DNA from: Marsupella aquatica
Lineage: Eukaryota; Plantae; Marchantiophyta
Reading direction: 5' to 3'
NCBI GenBank assembly: GCA_973895155.1
Contig: OZ316891.1
Span: 29,127,611-29,191,610 of the forward strand
Length of the DNA: 64,000 nt
Part shown: positions 52,501-64,000 of the stretch, piece by piece
Layout: every line of letters starts with the position of its first letter
How positions within the stretch are numbered: the first letter of the stretch is position 1
Position numbers and translations under genes: made by a program
The notes under the pieces: generated by a model
Databases searched by the model: none
Seen by the model: the letters and a program-made list of their open reading frames with translations, nothing else
What the model was told of the DNA's origin: nothing

Positions 52501-52945
52501 CACATTCGGCTAGTTAGGCCCAGTTGGGCCTTCATTAGTGCATACAAGATTACCATCCTACCATTAAAACCCTAGAAATATGCCTTCCTCACATTCAGCA
52601 AAGCACAGTCGCAATTAGAATAATGATCTTTGTATACCAAAAATGCCAGGCACATCGTGTCTTGTGACAAATCATCATTGATACAACGGAAGGTCAGCCA
52701 TCTGTACATGGACATGTGGAGGTCCTAAATTGTAAGTTCATTCAAGTCATGAGCATCGGGCGGGAATTTTTCCCATACAAACATTTGAACAAGAAACAGG
52801 GAGGATCTCTCCCATGAGAATACAAAGTGTGACGATAAGATAATTATGGTACATGCTTGCTAGATTAAAGACGTACATACCCAATGGCTCCGAAAGAAAC
52901 TCCCACCGGCTAGATCCGGTGTCAAGCCTACAGATTACAAGGATC

Positions 52946-55915
52946 TCATGGTTCCCAATCAGTTTGGTAGTACTGATTGGGAAGTCCTAGCCAAAACTTG
53001 AACGCATCCACTGCCGATCGCTTCTCAGCAGATTTGGCACGCCTCCTTGCGGATGCATGTTTGCTTGTGTACAAGGTTGAATACAGTTCGATGAACATCC
53101 GCTTGTACTTGGTTTTATCTGCTAAGATACCCTGCCCTTCCATGCAAGACACAACCTCCATGGCTTTCTGGAAAAACCCAGCTCTTAAACATGTGTCCAC
53201 CAAGCAATCCAACAGGCCGCCATCTGGCTCGAGTGGCTCAATGTCATTTCCTTTCTTAGCCATTGTTCTTTCTTGAATCTCTTTCCAAAGAACCAATACT
53301 TCTCCTGCGTCCCCTGCTGCAGAAAAGCCCTTCACAAGACAGCCATAGGTAGCCACACTCGGATGAAACCCTTCCTTCTTCATGTTGGTAAAGCTCTGCT
53401 TGGCTGAATTCACCTGACCAGCTCTACAGTAACCATCTATCAGCACATTCCATGCTATGACGTCCACTCTCATCCAAGCATGAGTACGCATTTCTTGGAA
53501 AACTTCAGCCACTAACTGGGGCTGCCCATTCCTAGCAAAAGCGTTCATAAGAGTTGTGTAGCTAATTTCAGTGGGACCAATTTTGGCTCTGCGCATTTCC
53601 CTGAAGACCTCCAAGGCACCCACGTTGTCATCCCTCTGAATGCACCCATTTATAAGTGTGTTGTACGATACAACATCTGGAGATAGCCCAGCTTTTCTCA
53701 TGTCACTTACCACCTCATAAGCTGTAGCAACTTGACCGGCGTTGCAGTAACCCTTAAGTAGAATGTTATAGGTCACCAAGTTGGCTGGTACTTTCTGAAC
53801 AGCCATTTCAAGCAGGACATTCTTTGCTTCATCCATGAGTCCCATGTTTACAAAGGCTGCTATGATGGTGGTGTATGTCACCTCATTGGGTTGGCTCTTG
53901 GAATCATCATTACTCTGCATAGCTATGAGAAGCTGCACTGCATCTCTTAGTCGACCATTCTTCACGTATCCTTTCATCAGGGTGGTGTAGGTTCTGACGT
54001 TGGGCTTAACTTTACATTTCCAAAGATGCTTCACGTGCTGGCTACCTTGGTCTTGAACCTCAGTATGCTCTTCTGAACTCTGACTCCCATCGGCGCTTCT
54101 TTCCACTCCCAAAACTTTCCTAATCTCAATGCCTTCGTTAGATTGAATGGGAAGGCCAGACAACTTGGCCAATCCATCTTTGCTGGGCTCTGGGTGCTGA
54201 GACCCTCGCTGCATGCTCTGCACTAGTCGCTCGGCCTCATTTAGTTCCCCTAGAATGATATAAGAAGACACTAGCGAATTGTAGGTGGACAGGTCAGGCT
54301 CGATACCCGCTATCTCCATCTCCTGAAGGATGTTAAGTAGTTGATCACCCTCATCGGCTTTGGCAAACAACTTAATTAAAATGTTGAAAGTGAAAAGATC
54401 CGGCTCAACTCCACATCTTGCCATGAGGTCCAACAGCCTCTCTGCTCGCTGCGCAAGCCCTAATGTGGCACAACCGTTGAGGACTGCATTGAATGCACCA
54501 GTGTCTGGCCTCACCGGCTTTCCCCCGACGATTACATTCCCAGTTCCATTCACCATGGTGCTGAGACCAGTCCTGCTCTCATTTCTCGGTCGAGCCTTGA
54601 CCGGTACCATCTTCCCCAACCCATGATCGTTCCCGACTTCAGCACGTCTGCTCGAGGTACTGGGGCTGGTGAGGTCCAGCTCAAGGAAGCTACAGATATC
54701 GTCAAACAATTCTAAAGCTAGAGGTGCATCGTAAGGGTGCTTTCCAAGCCGACTAACCACTGCACTCCAAACTTTCACCGGAGGGCACATGCCCATCTGG
54801 AGCATTAATCTGAGAATGCTCAGAGCATAGCGGCCTGCCCCAGTCCTTGCGGAAGCCATGACTAAAAGTCCGAGAGAATCCGCATCCAAAAGATCCAGTT
54901 GTTCCGCTTTTTGGAGATCAACTAGCACTCTTTGAGCACGTGAAAGGCTGGAGGGAGTACCTTTGAGAGACAATTGAGCTACGAGCCGACTTACGCACAC
55001 CTGGGAAGCTCGCTTACCTCCCCTTCTAAGCGCCTCATGGAACTGCCATGCATCCTCTGTTCTCCGTTCTTTTAAGGCCCTGAGTAATTTCTCCTCGGTT
55101 TCTGGATTGCCTCCGTCTGCTGTGCTACACAACACCGATTTGGCTGCTGTTTGAGGAGAAGAGGGAGAGAGAAGAGACCCATCTTCGGTGAATCCTCCAA
55201 ATAAATCTGCATCCTGCAGTTGCAATGGGTCTTTCTTGGATGAGAGATCTTCCGTTTCATCCTCTATATTCCAGCCTCCGACCTTTTCCGTTGCGTGACT
55301 TCTCCTATCATTTCCACTGCACATTCCACAGCAAGTGAGACATGGAAATGAAGTTTGCAAATTAATTGGGTCCCCAATCTCCACCTCACGAAACCAACAG
55401 GACCCGGAGCACCAGCAAAATAAGCGAAATGAAAGGTACAATGCCTCCCAGAATTCCATCTGGCCATTTTGTGTCGAGATTTAATACTCTCAGGGTGCAA
55501 TTTCATCGAATTCAACTTTCACAATTCATAAGACCGACAGGCTATCTTCCAAATTCTGGTGAGATTACAGATGGAATCGCAAAGTGCAGCTATAATTTTG
55601 TATGACTAAGAAAGCGCTAAACCCAACTCCTCGCCGATAGACGTTCATGTTAGTTAAACTTGGGCAAGCCACATACCACACATCTTTCGAGTTGGATGTG
55701 CCCAGCGGCGAAAGAGTAGTTGACCAAAAACCACTTCTATCCATGTGATGAACATCCACCACCCTTTTGACCCTCACACTGTCCCCAAGAATACATCTGC
55801 AGCTGTTTCCCAGATCCTGATTGTAAATTGAAGCCCTGCTCCTCCGAGTCACAGTTCGTGGACACGCCATTCCAAACCTCATATCCATCCCCTTCATCGT
55901 TGAGACTGGCTCCAT
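52946..55915 (-). CDS. HCF152: P-class pentatricopeptide repeat protein, HCF152 orthologue-like (chloroplast psbB-petD RNA maturation), ~869 aa; exons 55915-55677 and 55316-52946
   Basis: PPR repeats (RPDTGAFNAVLNGCA, YTTLMKGYVKNGR, PDVVSYNTLINGC); C-terminus YTSKHAS..AFKFWLGLPNQYY matches Arabidopsis HCF152 as recalled. TG|GTATGT donor at 55676 and TGCAG| acceptor at 55317 join the upstream ORF in phase 2. Confidence 0.92.
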
Positions 55916-57149
55916 CTTTTCCGTAACAACTATCCTCCGGCTAATTTCTCAGAAGCAAGCAAACAATCACAGCTCCGACCCTCATGCCCAGAATGCGAAC
56001 ACCTAAGCTTCGACCTTCATCCCATCAGAGAAAGCAATTGGCCAACACAGACACCGTCCATTTCAGTCAATTCAACCCACACTTGAATTGGAACACACTA
56101 GTATTTTTCGTGCTTACAATACCGTCACCACATTCTTGGTCTTCTTTCTCCTCCTAAATTCCACTACGTCCCTCCAAAAGACAACGGTGACCCAATACTC
56201 TAACATCGTCCCCTGCTTCAGCTCAGGCCTCTCTCGAACTTGGGTTGCCCCCACCTTCCACCGCTTCTGCGGTCCAGATAAGCGTAACGCTGGATTTAGG
56301 AACTCCAGTCATGAATTCACAGGCTGCTCCCCGTCCTGGTCCCTTCGTGGCTACCCAACTCAGAATGCTGAGCTTTTCGGTGTCCTCTGTGCCACCACAG
56401 GCTTACCACACAAGCAAAACACACACTCCTCGGAGACATCTCATCACCTGCATCATCAGCGAAACTTTGTGGACAGATCTCACTGATCGTCTTCCTGCTT
56501 CGCCTCCTCCTCCTGCTTTTCGTGCGCCACATCATTCCCACTCCCACGTCACTGCTGCTCTGAGAGTGCCATCGTCTTATTTGGGTGATTACTCGCTCCA
56601 TCTCCTTGCATTTTGTCCACTCTCCGAAACTTTCCTTCTTCTCCGGGCCTTCAAATTCTCTGGGTCCGCAGAATTGTCAGCCCCACATAATTATCCACTC
56701 TCTTCCCCATCCAAAATTTCCTTCCATCCATCCGTTCCTCAAGCTTTTGCTCGCTCCAGCAGTCTGTGGTTCTGTACTTCACTCTGCCGGGAATTGAGAG
56801 AATGTAAAAGTCAATCTGGGCCGTCCATCTCTACTAGAGAGATCTACCATTCATGACCTACTCCCTATAGTAACCATGGATCTTATTTTCTGCAGGGACA
56901 ATTTTTTATTTTACATTTGTGGTGAGTAGGGACGGGCATGGGGTTGATGTAGCAAGTTTTTATTTATATGTTGGTTATTTCTGCAATTAGGCACGGCATG
57001 GGGGTTGTGGTAACAAGTTTTTATTTATATTTTGACTATTTTTCTGAGTAGGGCATGGGGTTCTGGGTACTGGGAGCCCTTCCTGTGCATATGCACTTGT
57101 CTTTGGGCTAGTAGTGTTCATCTAGCCCTAATGCCTGTGCGTACCACTA

Positions 57150-57171
57150 GGGGCGGGGGGGGGGGGGGGGA
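57150..57171 (+). repeat. Poly-G tract
   Basis: GGGGC followed by ~16 G. Confidence 0.8.
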
Positions 57172-58387
57172 GTCTAGGTACAGGGAGCAAAGGTATTTGG
57201 GCTAGTAAAAGAATTAACACTTAAGAGTCAGCATATGTTTTTGATTTCCTAATTCTACTTTGGCTTTGTGAGTGTTTCGGAGCTACAAGTTCAAAAGGTT
57301 CCAAATCCCAAACATCTTGCTTGGATAGGATTCCGTAGCTCCACTGGGATCTGGAAAAAAATATGTATTAATATTTAACCTACTGGACTTGCATACAAAG
57401 AGGAGTTTGGGATCCATCAGAGTTCAAAGGTTTGGATGCAAGATCCCATCCTAAGCTTATGACACAAGTTCTTTCTTTTCCTATTTTGCATTTGAAATGA
57501 ATGAGAGGCTCAGGCATTTAAACCATCACTTCTTTTTGTCCCTCCAATTTACTTCTCCACAATGGGGATGCAAAAGACCAAAGGAGGTGCCCTTCTGCGG
57601 CAACTTGCCTTGTTCATAATGTATTTGAGAGAGGGATTGTGAAGCTAATTTTAGGAGTCATAAGGCTAGATGGGTCGTCATCCAACCTTGTAAACCTCCA
57701 GTATCCCTAAGCTATGGGAGGGCCCAAATATATAGTCACTGCTTCGCCCACTCTTTTACTTAGTTGAGAACATTATTGACTAATTTTGATAACTGGGATA
57801 CACCAGGTTTTGAAAATAGCAATTTAAGTTCCATAGGATCCCCAAATGCTCCTTGCATGAAAATTAAAATTTGTATAGTCTAATTCATGTCATCCTAGTT
57901 AACTAAAACTGCATGTTTCCATACTTCATGCTTACGAATCAGGATATGGGAGCAAAAGGTTTGGCACAACCCGTCTTTGTCGTATCTACCACTCGCACGA
58001 AACGAACGTTACTGTGTAATTCAACGTAATTTGACCAATCTTGACGTTTGTCCAGATAATATGGGATCTGGACCGTCTATGAGCTTTACGGACGGCTCAG
58101 ATCTCTATCGGCCTCTCCTCTAAACGTCTCGCTACCCGGAACCTATTACCAGTGCGGTACACGAGGACCACGGTAAACTCCAACAGCCAAGAACGACCGG
58201 GAAAGCCCGTCATCCTGACCTGGAGAGCCCGTTCCATCCGCATCGTTGCCGTCGCCCCATTCGCTCTCGCACGACTTGTCACGAGCGGGCCGTCCGATGG
58301 GGCTTCGGCCGTCCGATACTCGACGCGTCCCGAAGGAAACGGGCAGCAACCTGGAGCCCCTCTTTGTCGTTTACGACTGGCGCCCGG

Positions 58388-58395
58388 TATAAATA
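58388..58395 (+). promoter_or_regulatory. TATA box of the plus-strand transcription unit
   Basis: TATAAATA at the end of a GC-rich island (~58050-58420), followed by a leader-like sequence. Confidence 0.65.
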
Positions 58396-59585
58396 GCGTG
58401 GGCGGTCGCGAAAATGGCGCGGAGAGTGTTTACTGTCGTAACATTGTGTCATTCTCTCGTCATCGTCGATTGGCTCTTTGTGGGCGCTGCTTGCTCGTTG
58501 CGATGGAAGCGTCGTTCACTTCGATTTTTCCTCTCCTTTCTGCCGAAGCTGATTCCGCCAAGAATGCCGCAAAAAGCTGTCACCGGATCAGTGAGGTTGG
58601 AGTGAAGAAGAGCGATTTCTAGTGGATTCTGTACCGGAAAGAGAGAGAATCGATCGATTGTGGTGGAATGAGGATTTTTTGGGTTTCGGAAATGCGGTGT
58701 GAAGAGTTGAGCGATGCAGAGTGACGGAGAGAAAGTTTGTGCCGCGATGGATGTTGTCACTGAATGAGGTTGGAGGGATGAGGAAGGGGGAGTTCGAGTA
58801 AATAGCGGACAGGACGATCGATCGACTGTGCAAGAATAAGGGGGGTTGTGTGGAAGCGGTGTTATGATTTGAGCGGTGGAGACAAAGAGAAAGGTTGTTT
58901 TGGTCGGTGATTTGGTTTGTTTTAGTTGCCGCAGGGAGAGGAGAGGAGGCAAAACTCTGCTTGGAAAGGTTTGTCTGTCGGTGGGTATTTGTCCTGAGGG
59001 GGAGCTGGTTTCGCATTCCGTGCGTTGGAGGACGAGGACGAGGAGGAGACGTCTTTGGAGGAGTCGTCATCGAAGGAAAAGTACACGGAAGGAAAATACT
59101 GGGAAACCTTGTTGTGGTGGTGGTGAGTGATGAATTGGTTACAAATTATTTTACAGTTGTACTGATAGGATTTGATCGGAAAAAGGATCGTTTCTTGTTT
59201 CTATGATATGTTATGACTCTTCGTGCGGGCAGTGAAGGGAAATCTCAAGCTGTTTCGAACTGTTTGGGACAGTGGATTGTAGGGCATTGAGTAGTCGAGT
59301 GAACCCTTTTTTTTTTGCTTTTTCGAGGTTTCGTGTGAGGGATTTGTGAGTTGTTTTCAGAGTGAAGGTATCTATCTAGCCGTGACTTCTTATCTGCAAG
59401 GTAGTTGGTGCGAAAGAAGGTCCCGAGTTTATCTCGTGTAATAAGAAAACCTAATTGGAATGCTCGGTGTGGCGGTGGGGAGGAAGTGATAACGAGAAAA
59501 CTGACGGAGTAGAACGAACTCATTGCAGGGATTTCTAAAATTTGACTGCGAAAAGAGAAAGGAAGGTGACTGATGGGAGCTTGAA

Positions 59586-60263
59586 ATGGCCGACGAGGGA
59601 GTCAGGAACGGCGGCAACATGCACGGTATTGTGTATCCGCCGCCTCTGGAGACACGACAGGAGCAGCAGCAGACGACAACAGTAGAAATGTCGTTCTCTA
59701 GTCATAGTCCAACGCATGTGTTGAGCCCTGCCTCGTCGCTGGACTCAGAGGAATCGGTTCTAGATCCTGACGACGATCCCAGTTTAGGGCTCGATTTAGC
59801 TCCGAGTCAGGAGGACCAAATTGAGAAGCTAAAGGAGTTTTTGTCGGAGGCTCAGGTGCGGGGGGACGATTTTGTGACTCAGAAAGATGCCGATACGGTG
59901 AAGAACCTTGAGAACATGCAGATAGCTTCCAGTAGCAGCACCGCAGATGCCGGGGGTTTAGGGGCGCGTCTGGAGTCAGCCGCGCGTGCCAATTTGGAGA
60001 TTGAGAAACAGACAGCGGCGGGGTATTTTCCTTCGGAAACAGTCTACCTCCAGGAGCACACGCTGAGGGACGTTTTGGATGACGCAGGTAGTAATCCGAT
60101 TCTTGCTGTCACCCTCACGACCTCGGCAGCTAGCAGACGCTCCCCCCAAACGACCACAGCAGCAGCGGTCAGTCCGATGAAGTCTCCTCGGGCTGACGAT
60201 GCAGAAAAGCATTTGAAAAACGAACTCGATTTTCTGTTTCAAGAGAGGGCCGGGAGATTATAG
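59586..60263 (+). CDS. Hypothetical 225-aa acidic, largely disordered protein
   Basis: ATG in good context (GAAATGGC), coding-like GC content, uninterrupted ORF, upstream TATA; no recognised domain. Confidence 0.65.
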   Translation: MADEGVRNGGNMHGIVYPPPLETRQEQQQTTTVEMSFSSHSPTHVLSPASSLDSEESVLDPDDDPSLGLDLAPSQEDQIEKLKEFLSEAQVRGDDFVTQKDADTVKNLENMQIASSSSTADAGGLGARLESAARANLEIEKQTAAGYFPSETVYLQEHTLRDVLDDAGSNPILAVTLTTSAASRRSPQTTTAAAVSPMKSPRADDAEKHLKNELDFLFQERAGRL

Positions 60264-60395
60264 TGATCTTTCGTTGTTGAGGAAGCTAAATGACAGGAAA
60301 CTATGAACGAAACTCTGCTATTGAAGAGTACAGAGTCGGTTTTCTTGCCCATATATCGTCAGGCCTTCTCAACAACGGAAGCTATAGGTGCCGGC
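60249..60395 (+). ncRNA. Candidate pre-miRNA-like stem-loop
   Basis: CTTTCGTTGTTGAGGA (60268-60283) pairs with TTCTCAACAACGGAAG (60366-60381), extended by TATAG/CTATA, GCCGG/CCGGC, TGAC/GTCA and ACTCTG/CAGAGT. Confidence 0.45.
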
Positions 60396-63300
60396 AGCTC
60401 CTATAGGTCGTCAAGTGGAGTTTCTGCACACATCCTGTCGATAGCGTGGCCCTGAGCGAAGGCGTTTTCTCTGTTATTATTGGTGGTATTGTTTTTTCCC
60501 AATAGAAATCATCTCTCTTGAGCCGCCCGTTTTAGTCGTCATTGCGTGAGCCAACACAATGGGGAGGCAGAACATCGTCTTGTAGGAGAGGACGAAATAG
60601 CGGATCCGGTTTGTTGTACATTTTTCATTGTAAGCTTTCATCTCTGCCGATTCGAAGCGTGTATGGCTTTGTGGAGATCTTGACTGATTGGAGGCTACGG
60701 TTTGGAAATGGTAATAGTATCGCGCTAGATGTATGTTGGAGAATTCGCGAATGGACCTAGTTGAGACAAGCAATAGGATTCTAACGATAGTAGGTATTTT
60801 TTAGAATAGCTCGAGAAATTAATTCGGGGAAATCGAGGAAGGACCGACTCCTATCGATGAACATCGGTTCTGCGATAATTATTCTGTCAGGGATGTCCAC
60901 TCAAATCAATCTTATTGATGGATCATTGGTATCACAACTTCCACTGCCGCGATCACTACGTATGAATAGAGTATCGGTTCTGGAACGGTTTCGAGCAATG
61001 AAGGTGAATCTTCGAAATGTCCAACGAATTGAACCGTCTGGATATCGGTTCTATATCTTTCTATTTTTAATTAGAAAAACCCTAAAGAATTGAATACTGA
61101 AGGTTCTGTAAAGCTTGTGTTTGTTGAAACGTGCAATAGATCCGTGGCAATCCGAAAGAATCAGTTCGATGAATCGGAAGTGGAAGCTATTGAGCGATTC
61201 ATATCAATTCTTCGATACTTTGGGACACGGAAGAACTGGCTACACGCCTGTTACATGATCTCGCGAAGGTGAGGACGACTAGTACGGTGTCGACTAGTGC
61301 GGTTTATGCCTTTTGCATTTCAGCCCTGACCCCAACTTTCTTCCGAGTGAGAACCAGCCGTATCTGTCAAGCTATTTGCTATGCAAGTATCATTTACCCA
61401 AACTTGAGTCCCTGGTATCAGAACTGGAGTCTTAAAAGTTTCCTAACTCCTCATCATCGGACTGACACAGCACCGAAACTGATTCGCGTCGACCGAAGCG
61501 GTCAGTGAGTGTTGAATTGAATTGAAAGGTACGGACCCCAGCAGAACGTGAACCTAATGCTATAAATTGATATGATTGAACTGATTGAATCACGGTCATT
61601 TTGCAGGTAATCAAGCTTTGAATTGAAGTGCACGGAAGCCCCAAATGGAAACGTGAGCTGAAAGCTACGGTGGATTTGATTGAACTGACGAATGCAATTG
61701 AGTGGAACTAATGTGTCTTTCTATGTAACCTCCATTACGGAAAAGACTGGCCTGGCGGGCGGGAAGGGACACAAACTCAGGAAACTAGGCAGAGGATTTT
61801 GCGACGGTAAGAGAAATGCATACTCTCAGTGACAACTTCCGTTTGCTCCTTTTAAATGTTCCTGGTTAGGGTGGTAAGTACAGCAAACCCCATGGCGATC
61901 CCTAGACCTTTCACGCTCATATTTCTGAAACATCATCCGGAGTTTTCTTTGATCTCTGGTGTTCTCCGGAAATACACTTTGCGGCATTTAGTCAGGAAAC
62001 TTGCTCCCACATAAATCTCATGGTAGTTCTCTAGAGATTTCACTCATCTAGGTTTGTTAAACATACTGCCGAATCTCGCTCAATGGTGTGACGTCCTTCC
62101 GTTTCTTTGCTATGATCGGGTCCACTATTCTGTTAGCTCGTCTCTAGATAGAAGGCTGGTAAATGACTAGCCCTTGGTGGCAGCTTGGAATATAACGCAT
62201 GAAAGATAATTGAGCGTAGATTTCCAAGATACGGTGTCCATGAGTACCATGAGAGGGCAAAAAGTTCAGTTTCACAGACGTGAGGACTCAAAAGAGAAGC
62301 ACTGGAGATGGGTGTTTTCTTGATTTCAACATCTTTGGCTCGAAGAACCATGCCATAAATTTATTGGAAGTACCCGGCCTCGGGCCTCGTCCAAATTAGA
62401 TTACCCATGAGCTCCATCAATTTGCCAGAGTGGGCATCCTTTCCTCCATCGCTTCTGAGATTTGCAATCATCCATGTTTCTCCACCGTGCTGGGAATCAC
62501 TTCACATCCGCATTTACCCAACATTGTACTGTGAAGCACATTGCATTACAACAGCCAGCTTTGTCCATGTCTGTACGTGACTCACTATATCACGTCAGCC
62601 AGCTTGGTCCAATGTCGATGCACGTCAATGTGGGGCAGTTCAGTGATATTGAACTGTACCGTCTTGAGAAGTCTAGTCTCCTTCGTGACTTTTGTACGTT
62701 TTCTTTCCTTTCATTCAAAAGCAAATCCGCACAGACAGGTCTCTTGCTTGGAACGTAACGTCTTTCTCTTCCCCACTCCACACATAACTTCCACATTATG
62801 AGGGCCCTGAAAGTCTGGCATTTGCTGGACAAGACAGTCTCTGTCTGACAATCATGACCTTGTTCTCGAGGCAATCAATGCACACTCGATGCCTTCTTTC
62901 CTTTCTACCTTCCCTCTCAAGGAAAGGAGAATTGAACGCGTTGGTGCTAGTCATTGCCTCGCATCCTTTTCTTCTTGGCATGTCCACAGCTATTGGACCA
63001 CTACTGTACTGTACCGTTATGATGTAGTGCACCACGATAAAAGCTCTTGCTTTCAATTTACACGACTGGATGTCTCTCAAGCAACAAAACTGGACAGTAT
63101 GATCCCATCCATGGCTAGGAATCCTATCGGAGCAAAAGGTTTGGATGAAGATCTCATCTGAACTTACAGGTCAACGGGAATCGCGGCAGAGTGGTTTATT
63201 TCCATGGCAGCAGAGTATCACCTACCCAAGCATCTTTCTAATGGAACTGTAAACTTGCTCCATTGAGGAGAGCTTCATAGAGGCTAAAAGTGTTCAGTGC

Positions 63301-63947
63301 ACACGACAGCAAGATTGGGTGAGTCCAGTCTTAGAGCACCTCCACTGGGTAGACTATGTAGTTTACTATACTGGAGGAGTTTTTACACAGAAAAACTTCA
63401 TAGTCAATCAAATCTGGTCCCACACGAAACCTAGACTGGCATGACTAAATCATGGTGTTTTGAACTCTAGAGGGACTCTCCAAGATGCCAGAGGAGATGG
63501 TTAGGATAGAACATGTCATAGGGTTTGGAGCAGGTTAATTTTGTAATGCTTTTTCTGTCATCTTCCATGTGAAGGAGAAAATGCTAGGAATGTTTCTTAT
63601 CTAATTTTCCTAGATTCCTTGTGACAGTCAGATTTCCAGATTTAAATATGACTGTCAGATTCTTTCCTTCAGATTTAACGATGACTATATAGCTAAGTGG
63701 GAAACTGGCTAATGAAAGAAAAAACTTAGTGAATTTCCACCAAAAGTAAAAACTCCACCAAAAGTGGCGGCAAGACTTATCAGAGAGGCAGAATCTAGCT
63801 AAGTTTTGCCACTTAAAAAAACACTGGTTTTGAGGGTGGCCATCAGAGAACTGAACTGAGGTATATTTCATTGATGAGCAAGCATAGAGGATGATCTTTG
63901 ACATACAGCCAGCTCCAGTTGTTGACCACACTTGAGACATTTTAGAA

Positions 63948-63980
63948 ATTATCCAGTCAGCTTTGGATTTCTTGCCTCAA
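63948..63980 (-). CDS. Probable terminal coding exon of a gene extending beyond the window (IEARNPKLTG* or LRQEIQS*)
   Basis: Pyrimidine tract + TGTAG acceptor at ~63981 followed by a short frame and 3'UTR-like sequence; frame cannot be determined. Confidence 0.35.
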
Positions 63981-64000
63981 TCTACAGTACAAAAGGGAGA

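Noticed and set aside
55317-55459. ORF-track N-terminus of the PPR protein (MEFWEALY...)
   Set aside because: Probably intronic; a phase-compatible upstream exon with good splice sites gives a more plausible transit peptide.
56088-56856. Plus-strand ORFs of 132 and 203 aa
   Set aside because: Antisense to the GA-rich 5' leader of the PPR gene; non-ATG starts and low-complexity translation.
58152-59206. Overlapping 100-167-aa ORFs
   Set aside because: GC-rich promoter and leader sequence; non-ATG starts, no domain features.
60261-60395. SECIS element / selenocysteine read-through
   Set aside because: The stop is TAG, no convincing kink-turn quartet is present, and land plants are not known to have the Sec machinery.

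Overview
Nuclear DNA of a non-flowering land plant (inferred from spliceosomal introns, a chloroplast PPR gene, and a cilium-type gene implying flagellated sperm; bryophyte-, lycophyte- or fern-like). The left third (1-24 kb) is a transposon graveyard: a full-length Helitron-type HUH-Rep/PIF1 gene inactivated only by four C>T-type stops and carrying two C-terminal introns, a scrambled mosaic of Ty3/gypsy pieces, a 3x ~0.6 kb tandem repeat, an intronless RFC4 fragment, a decayed chromovirus and several MITEs. Host genes follow: a 13-exon CCDC13-like gene (-), an intronless NADPH enone/quinone oxidoreductase (-), an HCF152-like PPR gene (-), a divergently transcribed unknown 225-aa ORF (+) followed by a pre-miRNA-like hairpin, and the last exon of another gene at the right edge. 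Two long-TIR non-autonomous Mutator-like elements with TSDs and a tRNA-derived SINE lie between them. Coordinates were counted by hand and may be off by a few bases; no database searches were run.
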